Below are positions 10,079 to 22,446 of a stretch of DNA of 64,000 nucleotides, piece after piece. The notes under the pieces are model-generated. The model did not search any database, had not been told where the DNA came from, and was given only the letters and a program-made list of their open reading frames with translations. Every line of letters starts with the position of its first letter. Positions within the stretch are counted from its first letter, which is position 1. A program made the position numbers and the translations under genes. The stretch spans positions 32,379 to 96,378 of the forward strand of contig JAFRBI010000006.1 in the NCBI GenBank assembly GCA_017404935.1. The letters are read 5' to 3'. The stretch comes from Candidatus Saccharimonadota bacterium (GTDB lineage Bacteria; Patescibacteriota; Saccharimonadia; Saccharimonadales; Saccharimonadaceae).

Positions 10079-11412
10079 ACCTCAAGAAAACAACGGATAA
10101 CTGTCCCCTTTGAACGATACAAATAATTTGAAAAATTCGTAAAATTAATTCCTCTGGTATCCAGTATTGTTACTTCCTGCTGAGCATGAGAAGAGCGAGT
10201 GGAAGAAAATATATATGCGCCAGTCCCAGTTGGGCTATCGGCATAGGCATAGTTTCCAAGGGATAATTTTTGCTGAAAAGTAGGACCGCTATTGCTATAC
10301 GAGGCGTATAAATGATAATATTCTGTACTAGCATTATTTGCTAGAGTCGGTATTCTCCATCCAATTGGGCAAATATCATATGGCGAATCTAGATATGTGT
10401 CTGGGGTATCAACAGCGGCACCAGAAGGATAACAATATGAGCCCGCGGAGGCCGCGCAATAATTATAGAAAACCCCAATCAACCCACTGCCGGCACCGTA
10501 ATTGGCGCTACTTAGAACATTCTTATAACCCGTCCTGATTCTGGGTTCAGTATATTGCTCCGACCAAGTATTATTGACGGCAGAAGTAGCGTATGGACTC
10601 GAACACCCACCATTAATCAAGCATTCCAGTGCTTCGGCGGTAGAATTAGTGTTTGACGGAGAAAGGCTAGCCTGGACATCTGAATCCGTTAAATCCAATC
10701 TCATGTTGTCTAGCATCCAGCAATTTCCATCAGCCAATCTAGCAACCTTATAGACTTCATCATCCCGTATATCTGGCAACTCTACTATATCCTCTATATT
10801 CATAGCAGAGCAGTCGGAGGCAGTAAAAGTTTGCATGTATTTTATCAGTGGGTTAGCCGTAGTAGTAAACACCAGCGTAGTCTTATAAGTTCCAGAAGCT
10901 TGTAGATAGTCTATTTTGGAGGCAAAGGATAGTGTAGTAGTATCATCATTGGCATAGGTATCACTTTCTAGAATGGTAGTATTAGTAGCAAATGGTATAT
11001 AGCTTCCTGAATCCTTCTTGTAACCCCAATGGTTAGCTGGGAAGTCTGATGGTGAAGAATAGCTTCCAGAAGCTAGGGTTGGAATAGTTAGAGTATTGTC
11101 TGTAGTTTCTACTAAGTCTGTATCTCCACTCTGACTAGTTATAATAGTTTTATAGCCAGTAGCGTTATTAGTTCCTACTGTAATAGTAAGGTTATTACTT
11201 CCAGAGTCAGTGGATGATGGATCTAGATTAAGTACTAATGGAGTTGATGGGATAGTGACAGTAAGGCTTGGTTCTATACTGACGTCTGTGGTGATATTCT
11301 CAGATGCGGTTGCGGAATTACTAAAAAACATTAGAAAAATACCTAAAATTGCTACTATATATAATATATAGTGCGATTTTGTTCGGTTTTTTATGGCTTG
11401 TATGACGTTCAT
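10075..11412 (-). CDS. secreted/surface protein with one FISUMP (Fib_succ_major)-like domain
   Basis: N-terminal hydrophobic signal; D.RD..Y.V.RLADGNCWMLDN, YNYCAASAG, ICPIGWRIPT, C-terminal IRC; GAGGT RBS before ATG 11412. Confidence 0.75.
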   Translation of the reverse strand: MNVIQAIKNRTKSHYILYIVAILGIFLMFFSNSATASENITTDVSIEPSLTVTIPSTPLVLNLDPSSTDSGSNNLTITVGTNNATGYKTIITSQSGDTDLVETTDNTLTIPTLASGSYSSPSDFPANHWGYKKDSGSYIPFATNTTILESDTYANDDTTTLSFASKIDYLQASGTYKTTLVFTTTANPLIKYMQTFTASDCSAMNIEDIVELPDIRDDEVYKVARLADGNCWMLDNMRLDLTDSDVQASLSPSNTNSTAEALECLINGGCSSPYATSAVNNTWSEQYTEPRIRTGYKNVLSSANYGAGSGLIGVFYNYCAASAGSYCYPSGAAVDTPDTYLDSPYDICPIGWRIPTLANNASTEYYHLYASYSNSGPTFQQKLSLGNYAYADSPTGTGAYIFSSTRSSHAQQEVTILDTRGINFTNFSNYLYRSKGTVIRCFLEV

Positions 11413-11447
11413 TTGGTACCTCACTTTATTAACCTTCGGCACCAAGT

Positions 11448-11583
11448 AAAAATCGACACCGTAGGCTTCGACAACCAAACACACTTAGTAGCATAACGCT
11501 CAAAGGCATTCAGTACCTAACGGTGCCGATTTTTGCCTTCGAGAATTATATTCCTAAACAAAAATGTGCGTTTGATTGTCGAA
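11448..11583 (-). promoter_or_regulatory. structured 5' leader, copy 1 (stem AAAAATCGGCACCG/CGGTGTCGATTTTT plus upstream antisense box)
   Basis: Inverted repeats read directly; same architecture at 54718-54878. Confidence 0.7.
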
Positions 11584-11704
11584 TTTATATAGTTCTATTA
11601 TACCATACTTTTTATGTTTCAAGTATTTTTTTGATATTGTATTGTATTTTTCTATCATCTGTGATATAATAAAAGTATATCGGGATTTTCCCGCCCTACT
11701 CCGG

Positions 11705-12139
11705 CTAAACACCGGAGGAATTTTTTTCTCTCAAATCAAAATACTCGGCAAAAGCATTTTTGATTTTTGACACGTCCATATCATCGGCTTCGCCCTTCTT
11801 ACGTAGTAGCCTAAAAACACTTGTGGCTCTAATCTGCGACAAGACTGCATATATTTCTTTATCCTTAAAATTAAACTTCACATATCCATGACCTTCGTGC
11901 GCTTGTGTTGTAAGGGGAATTCCGGTAAAATTCAATCTTCCATCTTTCTTGAAAATATATACTGGCCTTAAAAACAATTCTCCTTTTCCGTTAATTTCCG
12001 TGCCCACGTTTTCGCCCCAAATACACCACCAAATTTGTCCTTCACTAAAAGTCCTATACCTCCCAGCGTTATGAGTGTCCGCTTTTATCGGCATCCATTC
12101 CTTGTAATCTCGTTTTTCTAAAAAATCATCTTTTCCCAC
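11705..12139 (-). CDS. PemK/MazF-family toxin-like protein
   Basis: GQIWWCIWGENVGTEINGK..RPVYIFKK...GIPLTT pattern; AAGGAG RBS before GTG 12139. Confidence 0.8.
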   Translation of the reverse strand: MGKDDFLEKRDYKEWMPIKADTHNAGRYRTFSEGQIWWCIWGENVGTEINGKGELFLRPVYIFKKDGRLNFTGIPLTTQAHEGHGYVKFNFKDKEIYAVLSQIRATSVFRLLRKKGEADDMDVSKIKNAFAEYFDLREKNSSGV

Positions 12140-12275
12140 AAAATTCTCCTTTTTATTAAGTGCTGCACTCCACCCTAGCATACTGGGGTAGAAAAATCAA
12201 CCCTCCACCTGGAATTTTGTTGACATAAGAGAAATGACCTCTGAAAAATTTAGATCAATGGTATTGCTTAATTTT

Positions 12276-14546
<2,271 letters not shown>

Positions 14547-14560
<14 letters not shown>

Positions 14561-15116
14561 TTTTTAAATCTTTCTCAATTTGTTTTTGGTAGCGTTCTTC
14601 TTCGGAAAATATACAGCCACAATATTTTTGCATATAAAGTCCCATCTCACGTGCCTTATTTTGGCCTTCGCGAAACCCAACACGAAAATCGCGATACAAA
14701 AATTCCACACCCGAAAGTTTTGATAGTTCTTCACATACTTCTTTGAGTTCTTCGTGTTTTTGATATGGTGAAACTAAAAGGGTAGTAGTAAAAGCATCAT
14801 AGCCGTGTTTGGCGGCATATTTTACAGTTTCGCCAAGGCGTTTTTTGTAACAATAATTCACGCAGCGATTAGAAATATCCGAAACTACATTTTTGCAAAA
14901 TTCGTCCAAACCATAATCTTCAATAAAGACCGACTCGGCGCCAACTTTTTTGCAATAATCTTTGAGGCAGTCACGGCGAGTCTTATATTCTATATATGGA
15001 TGGATGTTTGGGTTGTACCAAAAAATTGTTGGCTCAATGCCTTCAGAGCGTAATGAGTCAATACAATAAACGCTGCAGGGAGCGCAGCAGGTATGCATGA
15101 GAACTTTTTTTGCCAT
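14547..15116 (-). CDS. queH: epoxyqueuosine reductase QueH
   Basis: HTCCAPCS, YNPNIHP, RC..CY, FTTTLLVSPYQ, QKYCGC. Confidence 0.93.
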
Positions 15117-15171
15117 AAATTCTTAACATAATTATACCAAATATGGTAAAATAAGTCTATAAAGGAGGCGA

Positions 15172-16281
15172 ATGTCTAAGATTATTGAAACGGACACTAG
15201 GACTTTTGTAAAGTTTTGGTCTATTCCGGTGATAATTTTATTGGTATTATTTATTTTAGGGAAGGCCGTAACTGGGCTGGTAATAATTGGTATTTCGATT
15301 TTCCTAGCGCTCGCTTTAAAGCCACTGGTTAGGAAGGTAAATAACTTTTTCACTAAACATTTTGGCACCGAGAAAAAACACCAAACCGTGTCAGCAGTTT
15401 TGGCCTATGTTATTGTGGTAGTAGTAATTGGTGGCATTTTGGCGGTAGTAGGCCCAGTAGTAGTAAATGAGACTTCCAAATTTATTCAGCAAGTGCCAGA
15501 GATGTTTGAGAAAAATCTCGGTGGCTGGGAAGGAATTAATGATTTCGGTAAAACCTTTGGGATTGATAACCTGCACGGTGAAATTGTTAATGCCTTAGAT
15601 GGCTTGTCCAAAAATCTGCTTGGCGACATTGGCAATAATTTTGTCGCAAGTGTGAGTGGTATTGCCGATATTGGCATGAAAGTGGTGTTAGTATTGGTGC
15701 TCACATTACTATTCCTACTAGAAGGACCGTCGCTGGTTTCAACATTTTGGAAGAGTATGAGTAGCGCCGAAACCAATAAAAAACCAGTCTTGGTGGCGCA
15801 GAGAGTATTTTCAAAAATGGCAAACGTAATTTCTACTTACGTTTCAAGGCAAATGATTGTGGCAGTTTTAGATGGCTGTGCTTCGGCCTTGATTGTATTT
15901 ATTATTTCACTATTTACTAATGTTTCTTCGTCGCTTGCAATTCCAATGGGGATGATTACAATGGTGTTTTATATGATTCCAATGTTTGGGCAGTTTATCG
16001 GTGGTACGTTAGTTACATTAGTGCTTGCTACTACTAACCCTCTCGCTGGTGTGGTCTTTGCCATAGTATATATAATATATGCTCAGGTTGAGAACAATTT
16101 AATCGCACCAAAAATTCAGGGAAATGCTTTGAATCTTCCGGCTGTTTTTATCTTGTGCGCTATCGTAATCGGTATGTATATGTTTGGGCTACTTGGCGCA
16201 ATTATTGCTATTCCAATCGCTGGTTGTATTAGAGTTCTGATTGATGAATACCCAAATATAAGGGCGGCAAACAGGCAGTAA
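15172..16281 (+). CDS. AI-2E family transporter
   Basis: Multi-TM; VENNLIAPKIQG, GLLGAIIAIPIAG. Confidence 0.9.
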   Translation: MSKIIETDTRTFVKFWSIPVIILLVLFILGKAVTGLVIIGISIFLALALKPLVRKVNNFFTKHFGTEKKHQTVSAVLAYVIVVVVIGGILAVVGPVVVNETSKFIQQVPEMFEKNLGGWEGINDFGKTFGIDNLHGEIVNALDGLSKNLLGDIGNNFVASVSGIADIGMKVVLVLVLTLLFLLEGPSLVSTFWKSMSSAETNKKPVLVAQRVFSKMANVISTYVSRQMIVAVLDGCASALIVFIISLFTNVSSSLAIPMGMITMVFYMIPMFGQFIGGTLVTLVLATTNPLAGVVFAIVYIIYAQVENNLIAPKIQGNALNLPAVFILCAIVIGMYMFGLLGAIIAIPIAGCIRVLIDEYPNIRAANRQ

Positions 16282-16282
16282 A

Positions 16283-17350
16283 ATGGCAAAAAAGAAAAAT
16301 GTTAAAAAAATACTTTTGACAGTATTTTTTGTACTTTTTTCAGCAGGTGTAATTATTGCAACAGCTGTAAATGAGTTTGCAAATAGTGAAAACGCTGCAG
16401 AGCTCGCCGAGGTGCATTTAAACGGTTGGCTGGTAATTCCGGCAGCGCTATGTTTTATTGCAATGATAACTTTAGAATATGGTAAATATGTTTTGATGAT
16501 TACAAAATCTACTGAACCAGGGGCATTTTCTAGAAAAGAAGTTTGGGAATTAGCGTTTAAGACGGTGATGCTCGGAAGATATTATGACAAAATCACCCCA
16601 GCAGCCGTAGGCGGTCAGCCAGCCCAAATTTTCCAACTCAGAAAAACCGGCAAAATTCCTACCGGTATGACTACGGCAATTCCAATTTTTAGTATGATTT
16701 CTGGACAAATAGCTTTTCTCTTGGTAGCAATACCGTGTTTTTTGTTTTCGGGAATTGCTTTTAGGTCGCCTGTATTAATTGCTACGGCATGGATTGGGCT
16801 ACTCTTTTATGCTTTTTGGCCGGTGATGGTAGTTGGCACAATGTTTTTCCCAAAACCTACTGCTAAGTTAATTAATTTTATTGTGCGATTTCTTGCCAAG
16901 ATTAAAATCGTTAAAAATCGCGACAAGGCCGTAAAAAAGGTGGAGGAAGAAGTAAGCGAATACGCTAAAGACGTTAAACATCTCACTAAAAAACCGCTTG
17001 TGTCTGGTGGGGTAATTTTGATGTCACTTATTTCTAACACATTAATGTCATCAATTCCGTATTTTGTACTAAAAGCTTTTGGTGGCGATATAGATTTTGG
17101 CGAATGTTTTCTTCTTACTATCGGCGTAGAAGCCGCAGTTTATTTTGCGCCGACTCCTGGCAACTCTGGTGTGGCTGAAGGTACATTTTACGTAATCTTT
17201 TCTAGGCTTTCTACGGGTTACGTATTTTGGGCAATGATGTTGTGGCGGCTATTTGCATACTATATATATATTATAGTAGGGCCGCTCATTTATCTTTCGT
17301 CGTATTTATCTAGAAAAAGAAAGGAGGCTTTAAATGATCACCAAAAATAA
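16283..17350 (+). CDS. lysylphosphatidylglycerol synthase TM/flippase-like (UPF0104) membrane protein
   Basis: ITPAAVGGQP, PTPGNSGVAEG, LWRLFAYY. Confidence 0.85.
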   Translation: MAKKKNVKKILLTVFFVLFSAGVIIATAVNEFANSENAAELAEVHLNGWLVIPAALCFIAMITLEYGKYVLMITKSTEPGAFSRKEVWELAFKTVMLGRYYDKITPAAVGGQPAQIFQLRKTGKIPTGMTTAIPIFSMISGQIAFLLVAIPCFLFSGIAFRSPVLIATAWIGLLFYAFWPVMVVGTMFFPKPTAKLINFIVRFLAKIKIVKNRDKAVKKVEEEVSEYAKDVKHLTKKPLVSGGVILMSLISNTLMSSIPYFVLKAFGGDIDFGECFLLTIGVEAAVYFAPTPGNSGVAEGTFYVIFSRLSTGYVFWAMMLWRLFAYYIYIIVGPLIYLSSYLSRKRKEALNDHQK

Positions 17351-18332
17351 ACTTCCAGAAAAACCTAAAAAAATCACCAAAAAATTTACGCCGATTGATA
17401 TGACGGTTGATTATGATAATGACAAGGCGCGCAAGAAAAAGAAAACTAGCAAAGTTAAAAAAGTTTTTCTTTTGATACTTTTGATGATTTTGGTGGCTGG
17501 CTCTACTTTTGGAATTATTTGGCTGGTTTATAGTAATGGAAATAAAAATGCTAGTAACGATATTGCCCCAGATATCGACGAGCCGAGCGAGCCTACTGAA
17601 CCAACTGAACCAACCGGGCCAGAAGAGTCAAATGAGCCGATGAGCGATGATGAAGCCTCGATTCAACCAATTACTAACGCTCCGTCTTCTAACCCTACCA
17701 TTTCTCTTGGTCGTTTGATGCTAATCAACCCTAACTTTAAGGTAGATGGCGATTTTATTTCTGCTAGAAAGAAAGAATTGATTAGTTTGCAAGGGACTTA
17801 TGGTATAGAAGAAAACAAATCTTCGAATGGTGATAATTTGCTAGACCGGGAAGCTGCCGAGTGGCTGCACAAAATGGCAGCCGAATATACCATTGCCAAC
17901 CCTGGCCATACTTTGCAAACTAGGTCTTGCTTTAGAGAGGTAGGCACTAACTGTGGCAGAATGTGCGCAGCTACGGGCACTTCTGACCATCACACTGGTT
18001 TGACCTGTGATTTAATCGACCCGGCCTACGGAACCTCACTCGACACTGGTGAATACAATAAACACGTAGAGTGGCAATGGCTTAAACAAAACTCTTACAA
18101 ATATGGCTTTATCGACAGGTTTCCAGAAGCTTGGGCTGGTGGCCCAATGAGCGAGCCAGCAAACGTAGACGAAAACGGTACTACTGGGCTCTTTGAAACT
18201 TGGCATTATCGCTATGTGGGAGTGTATGCTGCTACCCAAATCGCTACTGGTGTATATAATAATGGGGAATATGATTCTCTAGAACATTACCTGAAGGCGC
18301 GTGGACTGGTGCCAAATTTATTAAATAATTAA
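17334..18332 (+). CDS. membrane-anchored D-Ala-D-Ala carboxypeptidase (VanY/M15B-like)
   Basis: TM anchor, PTE-repeat linker, SDHHTGLTCDL and ETWHYRYVG zinc motifs. Confidence 0.85.
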   Translation: MITKNKLPEKPKKITKKFTPIDMTVDYDNDKARKKKKTSKVKKVFLLILLMILVAGSTFGIIWLVYSNGNKNASNDIAPDIDEPSEPTEPTEPTGPEESNEPMSDDEASIQPITNAPSSNPTISLGRLMLINPNFKVDGDFISARKKELISLQGTYGIEENKSSNGDNLLDREAAEWLHKMAAEYTIANPGHTLQTRSCFREVGTNCGRMCAATGTSDHHTGLTCDLIDPAYGTSLDTGEYNKHVEWQWLKQNSYKYGFIDRFPEAWAGGPMSEPANVDENGTTGLFETWHYRYVGVYAATQIATGVYNNGEYDSLEHYLKARGLVPNLLNN

Positions 18333-18350
18333 TGTGCTATAATAATATAT

Positions 18351-20096
18351 ATGTTTAAACTAATGAGGTATCTTAAGCCATATTGGTGGCAGGTTTTGAT
18401 ACTGGTTTTTGCTATCGTCATACAAGTTTATGCTACTTTAAGACTTCCGGCTTTGATGGCCGATATCATTAATAATGGTATCGTGCCTGGCAATATGGAC
18501 AAAATCTGGCAAGATGGTGGGTGGATGCTTCTTCTTGTGATAGTTTCGGCAATTACTTCTTTTGTGTCTAGTTATTTTTCGGCGAGAATTGGTGCGTATT
18601 TTTCGAGAGACCTTCGGGCTGCAGTTTTTGCTAAGGTTTTAGCATTCAATATGTCGGATCTTAAAGATTACAGTACGGCAAGTTTAATTACCAGAACCAC
18701 CAACGATGTTTCGCAAATTCAAATGATTATTACGATGATTTTGTCGCTGATGCTAAGAGCGCCACTATTTTGTATTTTGGGCCTCGTGATGGCAATTCAA
18801 ACTGCGCCAGAAATGAGCTGGATTATCGTGGTTGGTATTACGGCAGTGGTGGTTTCGGCGGCGATAATTCTTGGTATTGTTGGGCCGAAATTTAGAATTT
18901 TCCAAACTTTAATCGATAAAATTACTTTGGTGACTCGCGAAAATCTTACCGGTATCAAAGTAGTGCGAGCATTTAATAATGAGAATGTTGAAACTAAAAA
19001 ATTTGCTAAAACTAATAAAGAGCTAACTAGATTATTGATTTTTATTGATAGAATTTTGGAACTGCAAAACCCGTTGATTAATATTATTTTCAATGGGCTT
19101 TCGCTTCTTTGTTCGTGGGTAGGGATTTCGCTTTTAAATCAAGATTTTTCTTATCTTGGTAATATGACTGCGTTTGCCGAATATGTGGCGTTTGTGATGA
19201 TGTCATTTCTTATGCTTTCGATTATGTTTGTGATGCTGCCTAGAGCTAATGTGTCGGCAAATAGAATTAATGAAGTCTTAAAAACTAAAGAAAAAATTCA
19301 TTGGCCTTCAAAAACCAAAGGCGTGCCAGACAAAAAATCTTCTGTGGAATTTAAAAATGTAGATTTTTCTTACCCAGATGCAGCCGAAAAAGTTTTGGAT
19401 GATATTTCGTTTGTGGCGGAAGCTGGTAAAACCACGGCGTTTATTGGTTCTACTGGCTCGGGTAAATCTACTTTAATCAATCTGGTGCCACGTTTTTATG
19501 AGGCGACGTCGGGTGAGATTTTGATTGATGGAATTAGCATCAAAGATTATGCTAAAGATGATTTGATGAAAAGAATTGGTTTGGTGCCACAGCACGGAGT
19601 TTTGTTTGCGGGCACAGTTAATTCTAATATTAAATTTGGTGCGCCTAATGCTACTTCAGACCAGGTAAGAAAAGCTGCCGACATTGCGCAGGCTACTAAA
19701 TTTATCGAGAAACTGCCGGGTGGATTTTCGGCACACATTTCGCAAGGTGGTACAAATGTTTCTGGTGGGCAAAAACAAAGGCTCTCCATTGCAAGGGCAA
19801 TTTGTAAGAACCCAGACATTTTTGTGTTTGATGATGCGTTTTCGGCACTCGATATGAAGACTGACAAAAAACTTCGCGAAGCATTAAGACCGATTACGGC
19901 TGATGCTGTGGTCTTGATTGTAGCGCAACGCGTTAGCACTATTAAGGATGCCGACCAAATTATTGTGCTCGATAAAGGCAAAATGGTGGGGAAGGGAACA
20001 CATAAAGAGCTTCTTAAAACCTGCAAAGTTTACCAGTCGATCGTAAAATCACAGCTTTCTGATGCAGAATGGCGAAAGGAGACAAATGGGGCCTAA
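18351..20096 (+). CDS. ABC exporter, fused TMD-NBD subunit A
   Basis: GSTGSGKS, NVSGGQKQR, VFDD. Confidence 0.95.
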   Translation: MFKLMRYLKPYWWQVLILVFAIVIQVYATLRLPALMADIINNGIVPGNMDKIWQDGGWMLLLVIVSAITSFVSSYFSARIGAYFSRDLRAAVFAKVLAFNMSDLKDYSTASLITRTTNDVSQIQMIITMILSLMLRAPLFCILGLVMAIQTAPEMSWIIVVGITAVVVSAAIILGIVGPKFRIFQTLIDKITLVTRENLTGIKVVRAFNNENVETKKFAKTNKELTRLLIFIDRILELQNPLINIIFNGLSLLCSWVGISLLNQDFSYLGNMTAFAEYVAFVMMSFLMLSIMFVMLPRANVSANRINEVLKTKEKIHWPSKTKGVPDKKSSVEFKNVDFSYPDAAEKVLDDISFVAEAGKTTAFIGSTGSGKSTLINLVPRFYEATSGEILIDGISIKDYAKDDLMKRIGLVPQHGVLFAGTVNSNIKFGAPNATSDQVRKAADIAQATKFIEKLPGGFSAHISQGGTNVSGGQKQRLSIARAICKNPDIFVFDDAFSALDMKTDKKLREALRPITADAVVLIVAQRVSTIKDADQIIVLDKGKMVGKGTHKELLKTCKVYQSIVKSQLSDAEWRKETNGA

Positions 20097-21861
20097 TACT
20101 AATACTGCCGGAAATGCCAAGAATAAAAAATTCGCGTGGAAAGAATTTAAGCATTCGATTAAGCCGTATGCTTTCCCGATTATAATTTCTATTTTGCTGG
20201 CAGTGGGCTCGGCAATGCTCGCGCTATTTATTCCAAAAATTTTGGGCGATATGACCAACATTGCAGTTAGCTCATATCCTGATATTGATTGGGGGCAAAT
20301 TTCTGGTAAAGCCATTTTGGTGATTGGTTTATTTGTGGGGGCGGCAATTTTAAATTACGCCCAAGCGTTTATCCTGGCGGTAGTTTCTGCAAATTACACT
20401 AAAGATCTTAGGAACGCAGTGATTGAAAAGATTCAAAGAATGCCAATTTCATATTTTGATAAACATAAATACGGTGATACTTTGTCCAGAATGACTAACG
20501 ATATTGACGTTCTTACTACTTCAATGTCACAGGAAATTGCGGATGTGTCTTTGAGCGTTACTACGTTAATTGGTGTGATGGTAATGATGATTTTAATTAG
20601 CGTGCCACTATCTCTAGTGTCGTTTGTGGTGGTGCCGATTTCGGTTTTAGTGGTGGGGAAGATTACTAATTTTGCCCAAAAATATTTTAGAGAACAACAA
20701 GCCACACTTGGTGTTTTGAATGGTAAAATCGAAGAAGATTACGCTGGGCATATTATTATCAAATCTAACTCTTACGAAAAAGAGGCTACTTTTAGCTTTG
20801 ATGAAACTAATAATAAACTCGCCAAGGCCGCCACAAAAGCGCAGGTGTTTTCGTCTTTGTCTTTCCCGGCTACGCACGTATTTACTAATTTAGGTTACAT
20901 CGCAGTTTGCGTGCTTGGTGGTATGTTTGTGATTGAAGGAAAAGTAACGATTGGTAGCATTCAGGCATTTATTCAATACGTGTCTAGGTTTAATCGCCCG
21001 ATTACCGAAATTGCTTCAACCACTGCTACTATTCAAGCTTTGCTTGCGGCATCGGAAAGAATTTTTGAGTTTTTGTCTGAAGCGGAAGAAGAACCAGACC
21101 CAGAACCGTCTATTACACTTGGTGGAGTAAAAGGCGAAGTAGAGTTTCACGACGTATGTTTTGAATATTTGCCAAATGTGCCAATCATTCGCGACTTTTC
21201 GGTGAAAGTTACGCCTGGTACCAAAGTTGCAATTGTGGGCCCTACCGGGGCAGGGAAGACGACAATTATTAATCTCTTAATGCGTTTTTATGAGCCAACT
21301 TCTGGTTATATTACGGTAGATGGTGAGCCAATTAAAGCCATGAAACGTAGTGACGTTCGCGCAATGTTTGGTATGGTGCTTCAGGACACCTGGCTATTTT
21401 CGGGTACGGTAGAAGAAAACTTAAAATACGGCAAAAAAGATGCTACACTTGATGAGATCAAAGCCGCAGCTAAAGCTTCTAATGTAGAGCATATCATTGA
21501 GGCGCTTCCTCACGGTTATAAAACTATGATTTCAGAAGATTCTGATAATATTTCGGCTGGCGAAAAACAGCTCCTAACTATTGCTCGTGCTATGACGGCA
21601 AACCCACCAATGATGATTTTGGATGAGGCCACCTCTAACGTAGATACTAGGACCGAGCAGCTAATTCAAGATTCTCTCGAAAAATTAACTAATGGCAGAA
21701 CCTCATTTGTAATCGCGCATAGATTATCTACTATACGTAATTCCGATTTGATTCTAGTGATGCGAGACGGCAAAATCGTAGAAAGTGGTACGCATAATGA
21801 GCTTTTGAAACTAAATGGGTTTTACGCAGAATTATATAATTCACAATTCGCGGAGAATTAA
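20086..21861 (+). CDS. ABC exporter, fused TMD-NBD subunit B
   Basis: GPTGAGKT, ISAGEKQ, ILDEATS, AHRLST; AAGGAG RBS. Confidence 0.95.
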   Translation: MGPNTNTAGNAKNKKFAWKEFKHSIKPYAFPIIISILLAVGSAMLALFIPKILGDMTNIAVSSYPDIDWGQISGKAILVIGLFVGAAILNYAQAFILAVVSANYTKDLRNAVIEKIQRMPISYFDKHKYGDTLSRMTNDIDVLTTSMSQEIADVSLSVTTLIGVMVMMILISVPLSLVSFVVVPISVLVVGKITNFAQKYFREQQATLGVLNGKIEEDYAGHIIIKSNSYEKEATFSFDETNNKLAKAATKAQVFSSLSFPATHVFTNLGYIAVCVLGGMFVIEGKVTIGSIQAFIQYVSRFNRPITEIASTTATIQALLAASERIFEFLSEAEEEPDPEPSITLGGVKGEVEFHDVCFEYLPNVPIIRDFSVKVTPGTKVAIVGPTGAGKTTIINLLMRFYEPTSGYITVDGEPIKAMKRSDVRAMFGMVLQDTWLFSGTVEENLKYGKKDATLDEIKAAAKASNVEHIIEALPHGYKTMISEDSDNISAGEKQLLTIARAMTANPPMMILDEATSNVDTRTEQLIQDSLEKLTNGRTSFVIAHRLSTIRNSDLILVMRDGKIVESGTHNELLKLNGFYAELYNSQFAEN

Positions 21862-22446
21862 TTCAAACACTTCTTCAATGGTGCCGGAGGCGTCAATAAT
21901 CTTGACGTCAAAATCTTTGGCGATTTTTGGGTAGGCGCTGTTTACTTTTTGTTGAAATTCGTCTGGTTTTGCTTCAAAAGTCTCGACAGCTTTGCCGCGA
22001 TCCTTCTGACGTTCTTCTCGAACTTTGTCTGAGACCGTTAAGATAAAGCCTTTGTCTGGTTTTACGTATCTTTCGGGAAGTGATTCGTGAGTGATTTTGA
22101 TAATTTTGCTTCTAGACACACCCTCACCATAACCTTGGTAAGCTAGAGTAGACCACCAGTTGCGTGCAGAAATCACTACACCACCTTCTTTTAAAGTTGG
22201 CTCAGCAATTTTTCGCCAAAGTTCGGAACGAGAAGCCGTAAAAAGTAGTACGTTAGTCATCGGCTCCATATTATAATCTTTGCCCTTGATTAAAATCAAA
22301 TCGTGAAGGTCGTGAGCTTGGGGAAGATCGCCGTCTGGCTCGTCCATCACTACCACCTTTTTGCCTTGCTTTTCAAAATATTCTTGGAGTAATCTAACCT
22401 GAGTAGACTTGCCGGTGCCGTCTTGGCCTTCAATCACGATATACAT
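21841..22446 (-). CDS. tmk: thymidylate kinase
   Basis: IEGQDGTGKSTQ, STLAYQG. Confidence 0.92.
   Translation of the reverse strand: MYIVIEGQDGTGKSTQVRLLQEYFEKQGKKVVVMDEPDGDLPQAHDLHDLILIKGKDYNMEPMTNVLLFTASRSELWRKIAEPTLKEGGVVISARNWWSTLAYQGYGEGVSRSKIIKITHESLPERYVKPDKGFILTVSDKVREERQKDRGKAVETFEAKPDEFQQKVNSAYPKIAKDFDVKIIDASGTIEEVFELILREL

Noticed and set aside
17578-17620. Short tandem repeats in the VanY-like gene (and EKP repeats in secE)
   Set aside because: Ordinary Pro/Glu/Thr or Lys linker repeats, in frame.
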